This document shows, in pieces, positions 28,905-39,371 of a stretch of DNA of 50,036 bases. Where the stretch lies: the NCBI GenBank assembly GCA_963706575.1, contig CAVPNL010000016.1, positions 1 to 50,036 on the forward strand, written 5' to 3'. Origin of the DNA: an uncultured delta proteobacterium (lineage in GTDB: Bacteria > Desulfobacterota > Desulfobacteria > Desulfobacterales > JAHEIW01). The position numbers and the translations under genes are program-made. The stretch's first letter is position 1. Each line of letters begins with the position of its first letter. A model generated the notes under the pieces. It ran no database searches and was not told the DNA's origin. It worked only from the letters and a program-made list of their open reading frames with translations.

Positions 28905-30779
28905 ATGCCTTCATCCAGTTACTGGGCAGACAAATATATCGAAAACAAGCGCAGCGCACATCAGGCGATTGGCCTGATTAAACCGGCTCAGCGCGTTTTT
29001 ATCGGATCGTCCTGCGGAGAACCCCAGCATCTGGTACGGGAGCTTTCTGAAGCCTCAAATTATTTCAAAGATATTGAAATTAACCGCCTGATGACACTGG
29101 AAACCACTCCCTTGACGCTGATTGCCAATAAAACCAGGGATCAAAGTCTCAATATCCGGTCATTTTATCTGGGTTCGACAAAACCAAAGTCAATTGCCAG
29201 GAACAAACGGTTTATCACGCCCATCAATCTTTCGGCAGTGCCCCGCTTATTTAAAAGCCGTTTGTTGCCGATTCATGTCGCCCTGATTCAGGTGTCGCCG
29301 CCGGATGATTTCGGCTGGATGAGTCTGGGCGTATCGGTCGATATTACGCTGGCGGCCGCCCAGTCGGCGGATCTGGTGATTGCCCAGGTGAATTCGCATA
29401 TGCCCCGAGTGCTGGGCCGCAGTTTTATTCATGTTAACGACGTGGATGTATTTGTGGAATACGACGAACCGTTACTGACGATTGGTGAAACGCCGGAACT
29501 GGAGGCCGCCAATGACATCGGGCGGCTGATTGCCCGCTTTATCGAAGACGGTTCCACCTTGGAAATCGGGCTGGGCTCCACCCATCAGGCCACCCTGCTG
29601 GCGCTGGCCGATAAAAATGATCTGGGTATCCACACCCAGTACATGACCAATGATATTATGCATCTGTTTTCGAGAGGGGTAATTACCAATCGCAAAAAGG
29701 GTTTCAATGAAGGCAAAATGGTCGCTTGCGGGGCCATCGGCACCGAAGCGCTGTATGAATTTTTAAATGATAATCCGGCCATAGAATTTCATCCTTCCGA
29801 TTATGTCAATGACCCCGCTATCATCGCGCGCCACAATAAAATGGTTTCGATGACCGTTGCCATGAGCATCGATTTGACCGGCCAGGTTGCGGCCGATGCA
29901 CTGCCATTCAACCATTTCACCGGTGTTAACGGCATGCTTGATTTTGTACGCGGTGCGGTTCGATCTCCGGGGGGCAAGTCCATTATGATGTTGCCGGCCA
30001 CGGCGCTAAAGGGCAAAAAAAGCCGTATCGTGCCGCGGTTCGACGATGAGGCGGTCGTGGTTCCCAGAGGAGACGTTCATTACGTCGTTTCCGAGTATGG
30101 GGCGGTAAACTTATTCGGTAAAAGTTTGCAGGAACGCGCCATGGCCATGATCAGCATCGCGCATCCGGATTTCAGGGACGAGCTGTTTTTCGAAGCCCAG
30201 AAAACAGGGCTTCTCAGTCCGGAGCGAACGTTGAGTGAATCTCTCCATGGGATTTATCCGATTCATCTGGAGCAAACCATCGTCATTGGCGCTGAAGCGG
30301 TAACCATCAGACCCGCCAAACCGGTGGATGAACGCCGAATTCAGGAGCACTTTTACAATTTGAGCAAAGATGACGTGATCTCCCGGTTTTTCCATGAAAA
30401 AACCAGCTTCGTTCATGATGAAGTCAAAGGGGTGACCTTAATTGATTATATTAAAGACCTGACAGTTGTTGCCATTGTCGGAGAATTTGGGTTCGGCCAG
30501 ATTGTGGGGATCGGCGAATATTTACTGGATCCCGCGTCCAATGAGGCTGAAGTTGCGTTTTCGATCAGCAAACCCTATCAAAAAAAGGGTCTGGGGAAAA
30601 TATTACTGAACAAACTGGCCGTTGCCGCCCGCGACAAAGGCATCGCCGGATTGATGGCCTATACTTCGGCTCAGAATAGAGGGATGATAAAGCTGTTTAA
30701 GACGCTGCCGTATAAAAGCGACAGCTTTTTTGACGGTGAGCTGCTGCAGCTTAGATGCCGGTTTGATGAACCCTTATAA
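28905..30779 (+). CDS. Acetyl-CoA hydrolase/CoA-transferase-like domain fused to a C-terminal GNAT acetyltransferase
   Basis: ALIQVSPPD..G..SLGVSVD, DLTGQV, DFVRGA..S.GGK, VVSEYG; GNAT AEVAFSISKPYQKKGLG. Confidence 0.88.
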   Translation: MPSSSYWADKYIENKRSAHQAIGLIKPAQRVFIGSSCGEPQHLVRELSEASNYFKDIEINRLMTLETTPLTLIANKTRDQSLNIRSFYLGSTKPKSIARNKRFITPINLSAVPRLFKSRLLPIHVALIQVSPPDDFGWMSLGVSVDITLAAAQSADLVIAQVNSHMPRVLGRSFIHVNDVDVFVEYDEPLLTIGETPELEAANDIGRLIARFIEDGSTLEIGLGSTHQATLLALADKNDLGIHTQYMTNDIMHLFSRGVITNRKKGFNEGKMVACGAIGTEALYEFLNDNPAIEFHPSDYVNDPAIIARHNKMVSMTVAMSIDLTGQVAADALPFNHFTGVNGMLDFVRGAVRSPGGKSIMMLPATALKGKKSRIVPRFDDEAVVVPRGDVHYVVSEYGAVNLFGKSLQERAMAMISIAHPDFRDELFFEAQKTGLLSPERTLSESLHGIYPIHLEQTIVIGAEAVTIRPAKPVDERRIQEHFYNLSKDDVISRFFHEKTSFVHDEVKGVTLIDYIKDLTVVAIVGEFGFGQIVGIGEYLLDPASNEAEVAFSISKPYQKKGLGKILLNKLAVAARDKGIAGLMAYTSAQNRGMIKLFKTLPYKSDSFFDGELLQLRCRFDEPL

Positions 30780-30784
30780 AGAAG

Positions 30785-30948
30785 GGTTCAAGGTTCAAGG
30801 TTCAGGGTTCAAGGGTTCAAGGACTTGTTGGATTCGTTTTATTTGTTTCATTGGTTGCATTGGTTGGTTTAAACTGAACCAATTGAACGAATTAAACCAA
30901 TCAAACCAATTAAACAGTTGTAACACCCATCTGCTGGCTGACATATGA
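30785..30948. repeat. Composite repeat family R1, copy D
   Basis: GGTTCAA-type heptamers x5, GGACTTGTT, inverted ATTGGTT/AACCAAT arrays; AAACCAATCAAACCAATTAAACAG is shared with copy A. Confidence 0.75.
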
Positions 30949-30966
30949 AACCAAAGGATATTAAAG

Positions 30967-32910
30967 ATGCCCAATCACAAGATTGTTTTTTTACCCTATG
31001 AAACGGAAATCACGGTGCCGGACGGCGAAACCATTATTCATGCCGCCATGGAAGCCGGTGTACACATAAACGCTTCGTGCGGCGGGGAAGGGGTTTGCGG
31101 GAAGTGCCGCGTGATGATCGAGCAAGGAACGGTGGAAGGCGGAATTACCGAAAAACTCAATCAGGAAGACCAGGACAAAGGCTATCGGCTGGCCTGCCAC
31201 GCCGCTGTAAAAAGCGATCTGGTGGTGCGCATCCCGGTTGAATCCGCCATGGATGCCAGTGCACTTCGAATGCATCAGACCCCGCGCAAAAACGCCCACA
31301 TCCGCGAGATGAACTTCGATGAATTAAAGGAAAAGGGGCTATTTGTTCCGCCGGTGGAAAAAAAGTTTTTACAGCTTCCGGAGCCGACACTCCAGGACAA
31401 CCTGCCGGACATCACGCGCCTGATCAGTTACTTAAAGGTCAAGCATGATGAACATCGTCTGGATGTCGCTCTTTCGGTAATCCGCAAAATTCCGGATGCC
31501 ATCCGGCAAAAAGATTTTGAAGTAACCGCCACGCTCGTGCGTCCGGTGCGCGATATCGGCAAAACCCGCCTGATCAATGTTCAGCCGGGTGATACGACCC
31601 GCCGCAGCTATGCCATTGCCATGGATATCGGGACCACCACCATTTATGGTCAGGTCATTGACCTGATCAGCGGCGACGTCCTGGCCGAATACGGCGATTT
31701 CAACGGTCAGATCAGCTATGGGGAAGATGTCATTACGCGGATCGTATATGCTGAAAAACCGGGCGGGCTGGAGCGTCTGCATGAAGTGGTAATGAACACG
31801 ATCAATAAGGTGCTGGAAAAGATTATTAAAAAATCCGGCATCGATCATGAGGATTTATCCACCATTACGCTGGCCGGAAACACGACCATGACCCAGCTGA
31901 TGCTCAAAATCAACCCGGGGTACATTCGACGGTCACCGTATGTGCCGGCTGCGACTTTGTATCCTCCCACCCGGGCCAGGGATCTGGGTATGGCTGTGGG
32001 CGACCATGTGTCCGCGCTGGTTTATCCGGCGGTTTCCAGTTATGTCGGCGGGGATATCGTCGCGGGCGTGATGGGGTCCGGTATTTACCGGACGGAGAAA
32101 CTGACGCTTTATCTGGATGTCGGGACCAATGCCGAAATTGTTATCGGCAACCGGGACTGGCTTGCCTGTGCGGCCTGCTCGGCCGGACCGGCCTTTGAGG
32201 GCGGCGGTCTTAAATACGGCATGCGGGCCGAAAAAGGCGCCATTGAAGATTTTTCAATCGACCCGCTGACCTATGAGCCCATGATTATTACCATCGGTCA
32301 CCTCCGGCCGAAAGGTATCTGCGGATCCGGACTGATCACCATGGTGGCAACCCTCTTTGAAATGGGCATTATTGATAATCTGGGCAAATTCAACCGCGAT
32401 CTGGACACACCCCGCATCCGGCAGTCAGACGGTGTCTATGAATACGTTCTGGCATGGAAGGATGAAACCCAGATTGATCGCGCGGTGACCCTGACGGAAA
32501 TCGACATTGAAAACCTCATGCGGGCCAAAGGCGCGATTTACAGCGGGTGTATGACCCTGCTGACAGAAGTCGGGATGGGTATCCAGGATATTGAGCATAT
32601 TATATTAGCCGGTGGCTTCGGCACTCACGTTGATTTGGAAAAGGCCATGGTCATCGGGTTACTGCCCGAAGTAGATTCCGATAAAGTGACCTTTATCGGC
32701 AACGGGTCGCTGATGGGTGCCCGCATGAGCAGTTTGACCAACCGGATTCGCAAGGATGTGGTCGAGGTCACAAAAAAAATGACCAATTTTGAATTATCCG
32801 ACACCACATCTTATATGGATAATTATATCGCCGCTCTATTTTTGCCCCATACCGACATTAATCAATTCCCCAAATTAAAAAGCCGCCTTACAGCCCGTAA
32901 GAAAAACTAA
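30967..32910 (+). CDS. acsV: Reductive activator of the corrinoid/Fe-S protein (RACo; 2Fe-2S + ASKHA ATPase)
   Basis: CGGEGVCGKC...RLAC, DIGTTT, YVGGDIVAG, DVGTNAE, SAGPAFEG, GICGSG; adjacent to acs genes. Confidence 0.88.
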   Translation: MPNHKIVFLPYETEITVPDGETIIHAAMEAGVHINASCGGEGVCGKCRVMIEQGTVEGGITEKLNQEDQDKGYRLACHAAVKSDLVVRIPVESAMDASALRMHQTPRKNAHIREMNFDELKEKGLFVPPVEKKFLQLPEPTLQDNLPDITRLISYLKVKHDEHRLDVALSVIRKIPDAIRQKDFEVTATLVRPVRDIGKTRLINVQPGDTTRRSYAIAMDIGTTTIYGQVIDLISGDVLAEYGDFNGQISYGEDVITRIVYAEKPGGLERLHEVVMNTINKVLEKIIKKSGIDHEDLSTITLAGNTTMTQLMLKINPGYIRRSPYVPAATLYPPTRARDLGMAVGDHVSALVYPAVSSYVGGDIVAGVMGSGIYRTEKLTLYLDVGTNAEIVIGNRDWLACAACSAGPAFEGGGLKYGMRAEKGAIEDFSIDPLTYEPMIITIGHLRPKGICGSGLITMVATLFEMGIIDNLGKFNRDLDTPRIRQSDGVYEYVLAWKDETQIDRAVTLTEIDIENLMRAKGAIYSGCMTLLTEVGMGIQDIEHIILAGGFGTHVDLEKAMVIGLLPEVDSDKVTFIGNGSLMGARMSSLTNRIRKDVVEVTKKMTNFELSDTTSYMDNYIAALFLPHTDINQFPKLKSRLTARKKN

Positions 32911-32957
32911 AATGAATCGGATTTAATTAGAAATTTTGATTTAGTTCTGCTCTGCTC

Positions 32958-32986
32958 TTGACAAAGCTATCCGCTCCATATAAATA
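32958..32986 (+). promoter_or_regulatory. Candidate sigma70 promoter of the acsD operon
   Basis: TTGACA followed after 15-17 nt by TATAAATA. Confidence 0.4.
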
Positions 32987-33296
32987 GCAATATTCTGCAT
33001 TTAGCGCTTTTGGGAGACGACCTTTTTGATGCGGGGCGGTAACCCTCTCGATTCAAATCTAAAAATAGAATTTCCTGTTTTTTTTGCCGCGCCGACTCCG
33101 AAAAAGATATTAAATCTACTATTACAGTTTGTAGATTCGATGAAAAAAATGATGAAAGGGGGGCTGACTGAAAACAGAAAATGGGGCTGGTTGCAAGTTT
33201 GCCCCTAAAGTGGTTTGGCTATCGTAGCTTGCATCACTTTTTATGTAAATCAACTCAATCGCTCAAGGAAAATGGAAACAGAACAAGGAGGTAACA

Positions 33297-34862
33297 TTGG
33301 GTTTCGAATTTGCAAAAGAAACATATTCCGGCGGAATAAAGGAAATTACGCTTGGCCAGGGAGACAAGGCCGTGACAGTCGGCGGAGAGAGCTGTTATCC
33401 GTTTTACAGTTTTGAAGGTGAGATGCCCCATAAACCCAAAGTTGCCATGGAGATCTGGGATCTTGAACCGGAGGAATGGCCGGAAGCGGCTTTGAGTCCG
33501 TTTAAGGATGTGATCTCGGATCCGGCAGCCTGGGCTAAAAAATGCGTCGACGAATACGGGGCGGACATGATTGTGCTGCAATTAAAGAGCACCGATCCCA
33601 ACGGAAAAGACGCCAGCGCTGATGACGCCGCCGCCACCGTTAAAAAAGTCCTCGCAGCCATTGATGTGCCCTTGATTATCTGGGGTACGGCCAGTGTGGA
33701 AAAAGATGAGGAAGTGCTCAAGAAAATTGCCGAGGAATGCCAGGGTAAAAACCTGATCCTGGGTCCGGTGGAGGACAAAAATCACAAAGGCATCGGTGCG
33801 GCCGCCATGGGTTTCGGGCATACGGTAATTTCGTCATCGCCCATCGATGTTAATCTGGCCAAACAGTGCAATATTTTACTCGAAAATCTGGGGGTGTCGA
33901 TGGATAAAATGATTATCGATCCCACCACCGGGGGCCTGGGATACGGTTTGGAATATTCCTACTCGGTGATGGAACGTATCCGCATGGCAGCCCTGGCCCA
34001 GGGGGACGACAAACTGCAATTGCCCCTGATCAACAATCTCGGGAATGAGGTCTGGAAATGCAAAGAAGCCAAGCAGACCGTCGATGAAGCACCCACTCTC
34101 GGTGATCCTGAGAAACGCGGTATTTTAATGGAAGCGGTTGGCGCCGTAGCCTATCTGATGGGGGGCTCCGACGTGTTGATGATGCGCCATCCCGAATCCA
34201 TTCGGCTGGTCAAATCCTATATCGATCTGGTTTATGACGGCGGTAAGGCCGATGACGTTGCTGCGATTAAAAAGCAAATTGACGCGGTCGATGTTGATTT
34301 GCTGGCGCTTTCCCCGGAGCCGGATTTGACCATCGCAGAAGAAAAGAAAGCGGCGCCGGCCAAGAAAGCGGCTGCAGCCAAACCGGAGAAGAAGGCAGCA
34401 CCGGCTGAAAAAGCAGCAGCTCCCGAGCCGGAAAAGAAGGCAGCGGCTCCTGCTGAACCCGCAGTGGCTGAAGCGCCGAAAGCCGAAGCTGCGCCCGAAA
34501 CGGATGCAGCTGCAAAAGCCGAGGCTGAAGCCAAAGCCAAGGTTGAAGCCGCGGCCAAGGCCGAAGCGCAAGCCAAAGCGGCCGAAGAAGCCCAGGCCAA
34601 GGCTGAAGCCGATGCCAGAGTCAAAGCCGAAACGGAAGCCAAGGCCAAAGCCGAAGCCGATGCTCAAAAAGCCGCTGAGGAAAAAGCCAAAATCGAAGCT
34701 GAGCTCGATGGAATCAGACAGAAACGGGCCAAAGAACGTGCCGATCTGGCTGCCAAGCGCGCAGCTTCTGAAAAGGAGACGGCTAAAAAGACCCCGGCAG
34801 CCGTTCAAAAATCGATGACGGAGAAGATGATCGATAATTTGAACTGGATCCACAAACGCTAA
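33297..34862 (+). CDS. acsD: Corrinoid Fe-S protein small subunit (CdhD/delta) with a long Ala/Glu/Lys-rich C-terminal extension
   Basis: VGGESCYPFYSFEG, SPIDVNLAKQ, DPTTGGLGYGLEYSYSVMERIR, MRHP; TTG start after AGGAGGT. Confidence 0.92.
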   Translation: MGFEFAKETYSGGIKEITLGQGDKAVTVGGESCYPFYSFEGEMPHKPKVAMEIWDLEPEEWPEAALSPFKDVISDPAAWAKKCVDEYGADMIVLQLKSTDPNGKDASADDAAATVKKVLAAIDVPLIIWGTASVEKDEEVLKKIAEECQGKNLILGPVEDKNHKGIGAAAMGFGHTVISSSPIDVNLAKQCNILLENLGVSMDKMIIDPTTGGLGYGLEYSYSVMERIRMAALAQGDDKLQLPLINNLGNEVWKCKEAKQTVDEAPTLGDPEKRGILMEAVGAVAYLMGGSDVLMMRHPESIRLVKSYIDLVYDGGKADDVAAIKKQIDAVDVDLLALSPEPDLTIAEEKKAAPAKKAAAAKPEKKAAPAEKAAAPEPEKKAAAPAEPAVAEAPKAEAAPETDAAAKAEAEAKAKVEAAAKAEAQAKAAEEAQAKAEADARVKAETEAKAKAEADAQKAAEEKAKIEAELDGIRQKRAKERADLAAKRAASEKETAKKTPAAVQKSMTEKMIDNLNWIHKR

Positions 34863-34941
34863 CACAAATCGACCGTCAATGGCACCTGTTTTCATTAACC
34901 ATTGACGGCAAATTCAAATTAATAGTGGGGAGGAACCACAT

Positions 34942-36997
34942 ATGCCAGAAACAATTGACAACAAACAAGCTAAACCCGAAAAGGCCAAAAAAGTTGCCGA
35001 TCCGGTGGCTGCTTCTACTGATCCGGCCAGCCAGCAGATGATGCGGCGCGCCCAGGAGCTGGGCGTAGAGACCATTTTTGATCGGGCGGTCAACATGAAA
35101 CCCTGCAACATCGGCATCCAGGGCACCTGCTGTAAAAACTGTGCCATGGGTCCCTGCCGCCTGCCGCTTCCCAAAGCCGGGATCGAAGGTGAAGACGATC
35201 GCAAGGGCTTGTGCGGCGCCACCGCCAATACCATCGCGGCCCGCAATTTTGCGCGCATGGTGGCTGCCGGTTGTGCGGCCCATTCGGATCACGGGCGTAA
35301 TGTGGCGGAAGTATTTTTGTCGGTCGCCAGCAAAGAAACCGGCGATTACAAAATTAAAGATCCCAACAAACTGCTGGCGATTGCACCCCATTTTGGGGTG
35401 GACATCAAAGTCGAGGTCGATGGTGAGGAAGTCGACCGCAATTTTGATGAAATTGCACTCGAGGTGGCCCAAAAGGCCATGGCCGAATGGGGCAAACCCG
35501 ACGGGCGAGCTGGATTATCTCAAACGTGCACCTCAGCCCCTTTATGAACGCTGGCAGAAGCTGGGCGTGCTGCCGCGCAACATCGACCGGGAAGTCGTAG
35601 AAATCATGCATCGCACTCATATGGGCGTGGACCAGGACTACAAAAACATCGTCAAACAATGCACCCGCGCCGCACTGGCCGACGGGTGGGGCGGTTCCAT
35701 GATGGCCACCGATCTGCAGGATGTCATGTTCGGCACACCGTTTCCCCTCCAATCTGAGGCCAATCTCGGCATCATGAAAGAAGACCAGGTCAATATCATC
35801 ATTCACGGTCATGAACCGGTCTTATCCGAGATGATCGTGGCGGCGGCCCAGTCAAAGGAAATGGTGGACTACGCCAAAACCAAAGGGGCCAAGGGTATTC
35901 AGCTGGGCGGCATTTGCTGCACCGGCAACGAAATCCTGCAGCGTCACGGCGTGCCGCCGGCCGGCACTTTCCTGCAGCAGGAGCTGGCGATTGTCACCGG
36001 CGCCTGCGATGCCATGGTCGTTGATGTTCAGTGTGTTTTTCAGAACCTGGCCAACGTGGCCAAATGTTTCCATACCAAATTGATCACCACCCATCCGATT
36101 GCCCGCATGGAACAGGACAATGTGGTGCACATCGAATTCGACGAGCATCATGCCATGGAAGACGCCAAAAAAATCGTCAAAATGGCCATCGACAACTTCG
36201 AAAACCGCCACGTCGATGTGATGATTCCCGCTCAGAAGGCCGCGCAGATTGCGGGTTTCGGGGTGGAGTCGATTCAATATCACCTGGGGGGCACCTTCCG
36301 CGGTTCTTATTACACCCTGAATGATAACATCATCAACGGCCGCATCCGGGGTGTTGCCGGTGTGGTGGGCTGCAACAACGCGCGTACGCGTCATAACGAA
36401 GCCCATCTGACGCTGGTCAAGGAATTGATCAAAAATGACGTCATCGTGCTGACCACCGGCTGTAACGGAATCGCCTGTGCGATGGAAGGCCTGCTGACAC
36501 CGGGAGCCGCGCATGTTTACTGCGGGCCGGGTCTGGCCGAGGTTTGCGAGACCGTGGGTATCCCGCCGGTGCTGCATCTGGGATCCTGTGTGGATAACAG
36601 CCGGATTCTGCTGGCGGCCACCGAGGTGGTCAAAGCCGGCGGCCTGGGCAATGACATCCAGGATCTGCCGGCAGCCGGGGCCGCTCCGGAATGGATGAGT
36701 GAAAAGGCCATCAGCATCGGCCAGTATTTTGTGGCCTCAGGTGTGTATACCCTGTTTGGTGTGAATCTGCCGACCACGGGTGCACCGGTCTTCCAAAAAT
36801 ATTTGTTTGAGGAGCTGGAAAAAATATACGGCGGCAAGTGGGATCTTGCAGTCGATCCGTTTGAAATGGCCCAGAAAATGATTGCCCATATCGACAAGAA
36901 ACGCAAGGCGCTCGGTATCGACAAAGCGCGCGAGCGCGTCCTGATGGATATGGCCGATCGTCAGAAGCTTGAAGCACAATTAGGAATTAACAATTAA
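34942..36997 (+). CDS. cooS: Anaerobic Ni-CO dehydrogenase catalytic subunit (AcsA); frameshift near 35505
   Basis: CCKNCAMGPC, AAHSDH, HGHEP, GICCTGNE, DVQC, VVGCNN, TTGC, GSCVDNSR, WMSEKA. Confidence 0.93.
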
Positions 36998-37027
36998 TAA
37001 TAAATCCTCAAAGAAGGAGGAAACTGT

Positions 37028-39241
37028 ATGTCTAAGTTAGTTGCATTTGCCGCGATTCAAGGTGGCTACAACGTTGTATCGCAGGTTGAAGGTGAATATC
37101 AAAAAGCGCTGGATACCTTTAACGCGGATACCAAGGTGGGCTTTCCCAACACCGCCTACTATCTGCCGGTCATTTATTCGCTGTTGGGAATTAAAGTTGA
37201 AACCCTGGAAGACATTCAAAAAGCGCTGGATGTGACGCGCAAACTTTTGCCGCCGCATATCAAAGGCATGAACCATTTGCCTTACCTGGGGCCGCTGCTG
37301 GATGCCGGTATGGCCACCCTGTTTGCCTTTGAGATCAGGGAGGCGCTACGCTACTTGAACGAACCGGATTTTTACCTGCATTCCGAAGATATCGATGAGG
37401 AAGCCGGAAAAATCTGGCTGGGGGCCGCCGATGATACCGTCTTTCGCAAACGCGGGGTCGAGTTTGTGGACGGTTCCGCACCGGGCTTTGCCGCCATTGT
37501 AGGGGCTGCACCGGATCCCGAAATCGCCAAAATGATTGTCGAGGAATACCAGAGACGCAGTCTTTACATTTTTCTGGCCGCCGGTCACAATAACACCTCG
37601 GTGGCCCAGCAGTTGCTCGAAGCCGATGTTCAGATCGGCTGGAACACGCGAATTGTGCCATTCGGTCCCTATATTTCGTCGGCCATTTTTGCCCTGGGTT
37701 TTGCCAACCGGGCGGCCATGGCCTTCGGCAACGTTCAACCGGGGGATTATAAAACGATGCTGATGTACAATAAGAACCGCATCTTTGCCTTCGTGAATGC
37801 CCTGGGTGAAGTCGGAACCGATTGGGCCGGTGCGGCCGCGGGATGCGTCAACTGGGGTTTTCCGACCCTGGCCGACACCGATATCCCCGAGGTTCTGCCC
37901 ACCGGAATCTGTACCTATGAGCACGTGGTGGCCAACGTGTCCCATGAAGAAATGGTCCAAAAATCGGTTGAAGTCCGCGGCTTGAAGGTGAGTGTGTCGG
38001 CGATCGAGATTCCCTGCTCTTTCGGGCCGGCCTATGAAGGTGAGCGCGTGCGTGGCGCGGATCTGTATGCCCAGATGGGCGGCGGTAAAACCCAGTGTAC
38101 CGAGCTGGTCAAGATGGCTGAAATGAATGAAATCGACGACGGCAAAGTCGAGGTTATCGGCCCGGACATCACCGAAATTAAAGAGGGCGAGACCATGCCG
38201 CTGGGCATTTATGTCCGGATTGCCGGGCGTGAATTTCAGACGGATTTTGAGCCGATCATCGAGCGTCAGATCCATCACCTGATCAACTATATTCAGGGGA
38301 TCATGCATATCGGTCAGCGCGATATTTCCTGGATCCGGGTCAGCAAAGCGGCCATTGAAAAAGGCTTTACCCTGAAGGATATCGGTACGGTGCTGCATGC
38401 CAAGTTCCACCAGGATTTTCAGAAAATCGTCGATAAGGTCCAGATCACGCTTTATACCCAGAAAAAGGATGTGGATGAACTGACCAAGCGCGCCCGGGCC
38501 GAATACAAGACCCGCGACGAGCGTGTCGAGAAGATGACCGATGAAGATGTGGAAACCTATTATTCCTGCACCCTGTGCCAGTCATTTGCCCCCAACCATG
38601 TGTGCACTGTCAGTCCCGAGCGGACCGGATTGTGCGGGGCCTATAACTGGATGGACTGCAAGGCCTCCTTTGAAATCAATCCCACCGGCCCCAACCAGCC
38701 GATCGAAAAGGGCGAATGCCTGGATCCGGTCCTGGGCCAGTGGCAGGGGGTCAATGAATTTGTGCGAAAGGCCTCGCGCGGGGCCGTCGATCACTATAAC
38801 TTTTATTCCATGGTCTATGACCCCATGACCACCTGCGGTTGCTGTGAATGTATTGCCGCCATGTTGCCGCAATGCAACGGCATCATGACGGTTGGCCGGG
38901 ATTACAGCGGGGAAACCCCCTGCGGCATGAAGTTTACCACCCTGGCCGGTGTCATGGGCGGCGGGGCATCCTCGCCGGGTTTTGTGGGGCATTCCAAATT
39001 CAACATCACCCAGGGCAAGTTCATCCTTGGGGATGGCGGTATCAAGCGCCTGGTGTGGATGCCCAAGGGCCTGAAAGATGAAATCCGCGAGCGGCTGATT
39101 AAACGGGGTGAAGAAGTCGGAATGCCGGATCTGGTTGACCGCATTGCGGATGAGACCGTCGGTGTCACCGAGGAAGAGATTCTATCCTTCCTGCAGGAGA
39201 AAAAACATCCGGCGCTGGAAATGGATCCGCTGATCGGATGA
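37028..39241 (+). CDS. acsB: Acetyl-CoA synthase subunit
   Basis: FPNTAYYLP, YSCTLCQSFAPNHVC, GLCGA, PMTTCGCCEC A-cluster ligands. Confidence 0.96.
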   Translation: MSKLVAFAAIQGGYNVVSQVEGEYQKALDTFNADTKVGFPNTAYYLPVIYSLLGIKVETLEDIQKALDVTRKLLPPHIKGMNHLPYLGPLLDAGMATLFAFEIREALRYLNEPDFYLHSEDIDEEAGKIWLGAADDTVFRKRGVEFVDGSAPGFAAIVGAAPDPEIAKMIVEEYQRRSLYIFLAAGHNNTSVAQQLLEADVQIGWNTRIVPFGPYISSAIFALGFANRAAMAFGNVQPGDYKTMLMYNKNRIFAFVNALGEVGTDWAGAAAGCVNWGFPTLADTDIPEVLPTGICTYEHVVANVSHEEMVQKSVEVRGLKVSVSAIEIPCSFGPAYEGERVRGADLYAQMGGGKTQCTELVKMAEMNEIDDGKVEVIGPDITEIKEGETMPLGIYVRIAGREFQTDFEPIIERQIHHLINYIQGIMHIGQRDISWIRVSKAAIEKGFTLKDIGTVLHAKFHQDFQKIVDKVQITLYTQKKDVDELTKRARAEYKTRDERVEKMTDEDVETYYSCTLCQSFAPNHVCTVSPERTGLCGAYNWMDCKASFEINPTGPNQPIEKGECLDPVLGQWQGVNEFVRKASRGAVDHYNFYSMVYDPMTTCGCCECIAAMLPQCNGIMTVGRDYSGETPCGMKFTTLAGVMGGGASSPGFVGHSKFNITQGKFILGDGGIKRLVWMPKGLKDEIRERLIKRGEEVGMPDLVDRIADETVGVTEEEILSFLQEKKHPALEMDPLIG

Positions 39242-39262
39242 TAAAAATATAGTTGAGTGTTC

Positions 39263-39355
39263 ACGGGTATACGGGTTACGGGTTGCGTGTTTAATAACCG
39301 AATACGCAATCCGTAATCTTAACCCGCAACACGCAACTCGCAACACGCAACTCGT
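39263..39355. repeat. Hairpin of tandem 7-nt ACGGGTT/CGCAACA units
   Basis: Inverted heptamer arrays in the acsB-acsC gap. Confidence 0.65.
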
Positions 39356-39371
39356 AGAGAAGGAGATAAAG

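Noticed and set aside
33111..33138. AATCTACT...GTAGAT resembling a Cas12a repeat stem
   Set aside because: Single copy, longer loop, no array or cas gene
35495..35520. Programmed frameshift or split gene in cooS (likewise pspF ~24285, M16 ~8478, ORF ~49742)
   Set aside because: Single extra base with no slippery heptamer or evident stimulatory structure; consistent with the error pattern elsewhere
35852..38410. Long antisense ORFs (241 aa, 354 aa; also 34125-34895 and 7571-8281)
   Set aside because: Shadows of strongly codon-biased sense genes; no motifs or RBS
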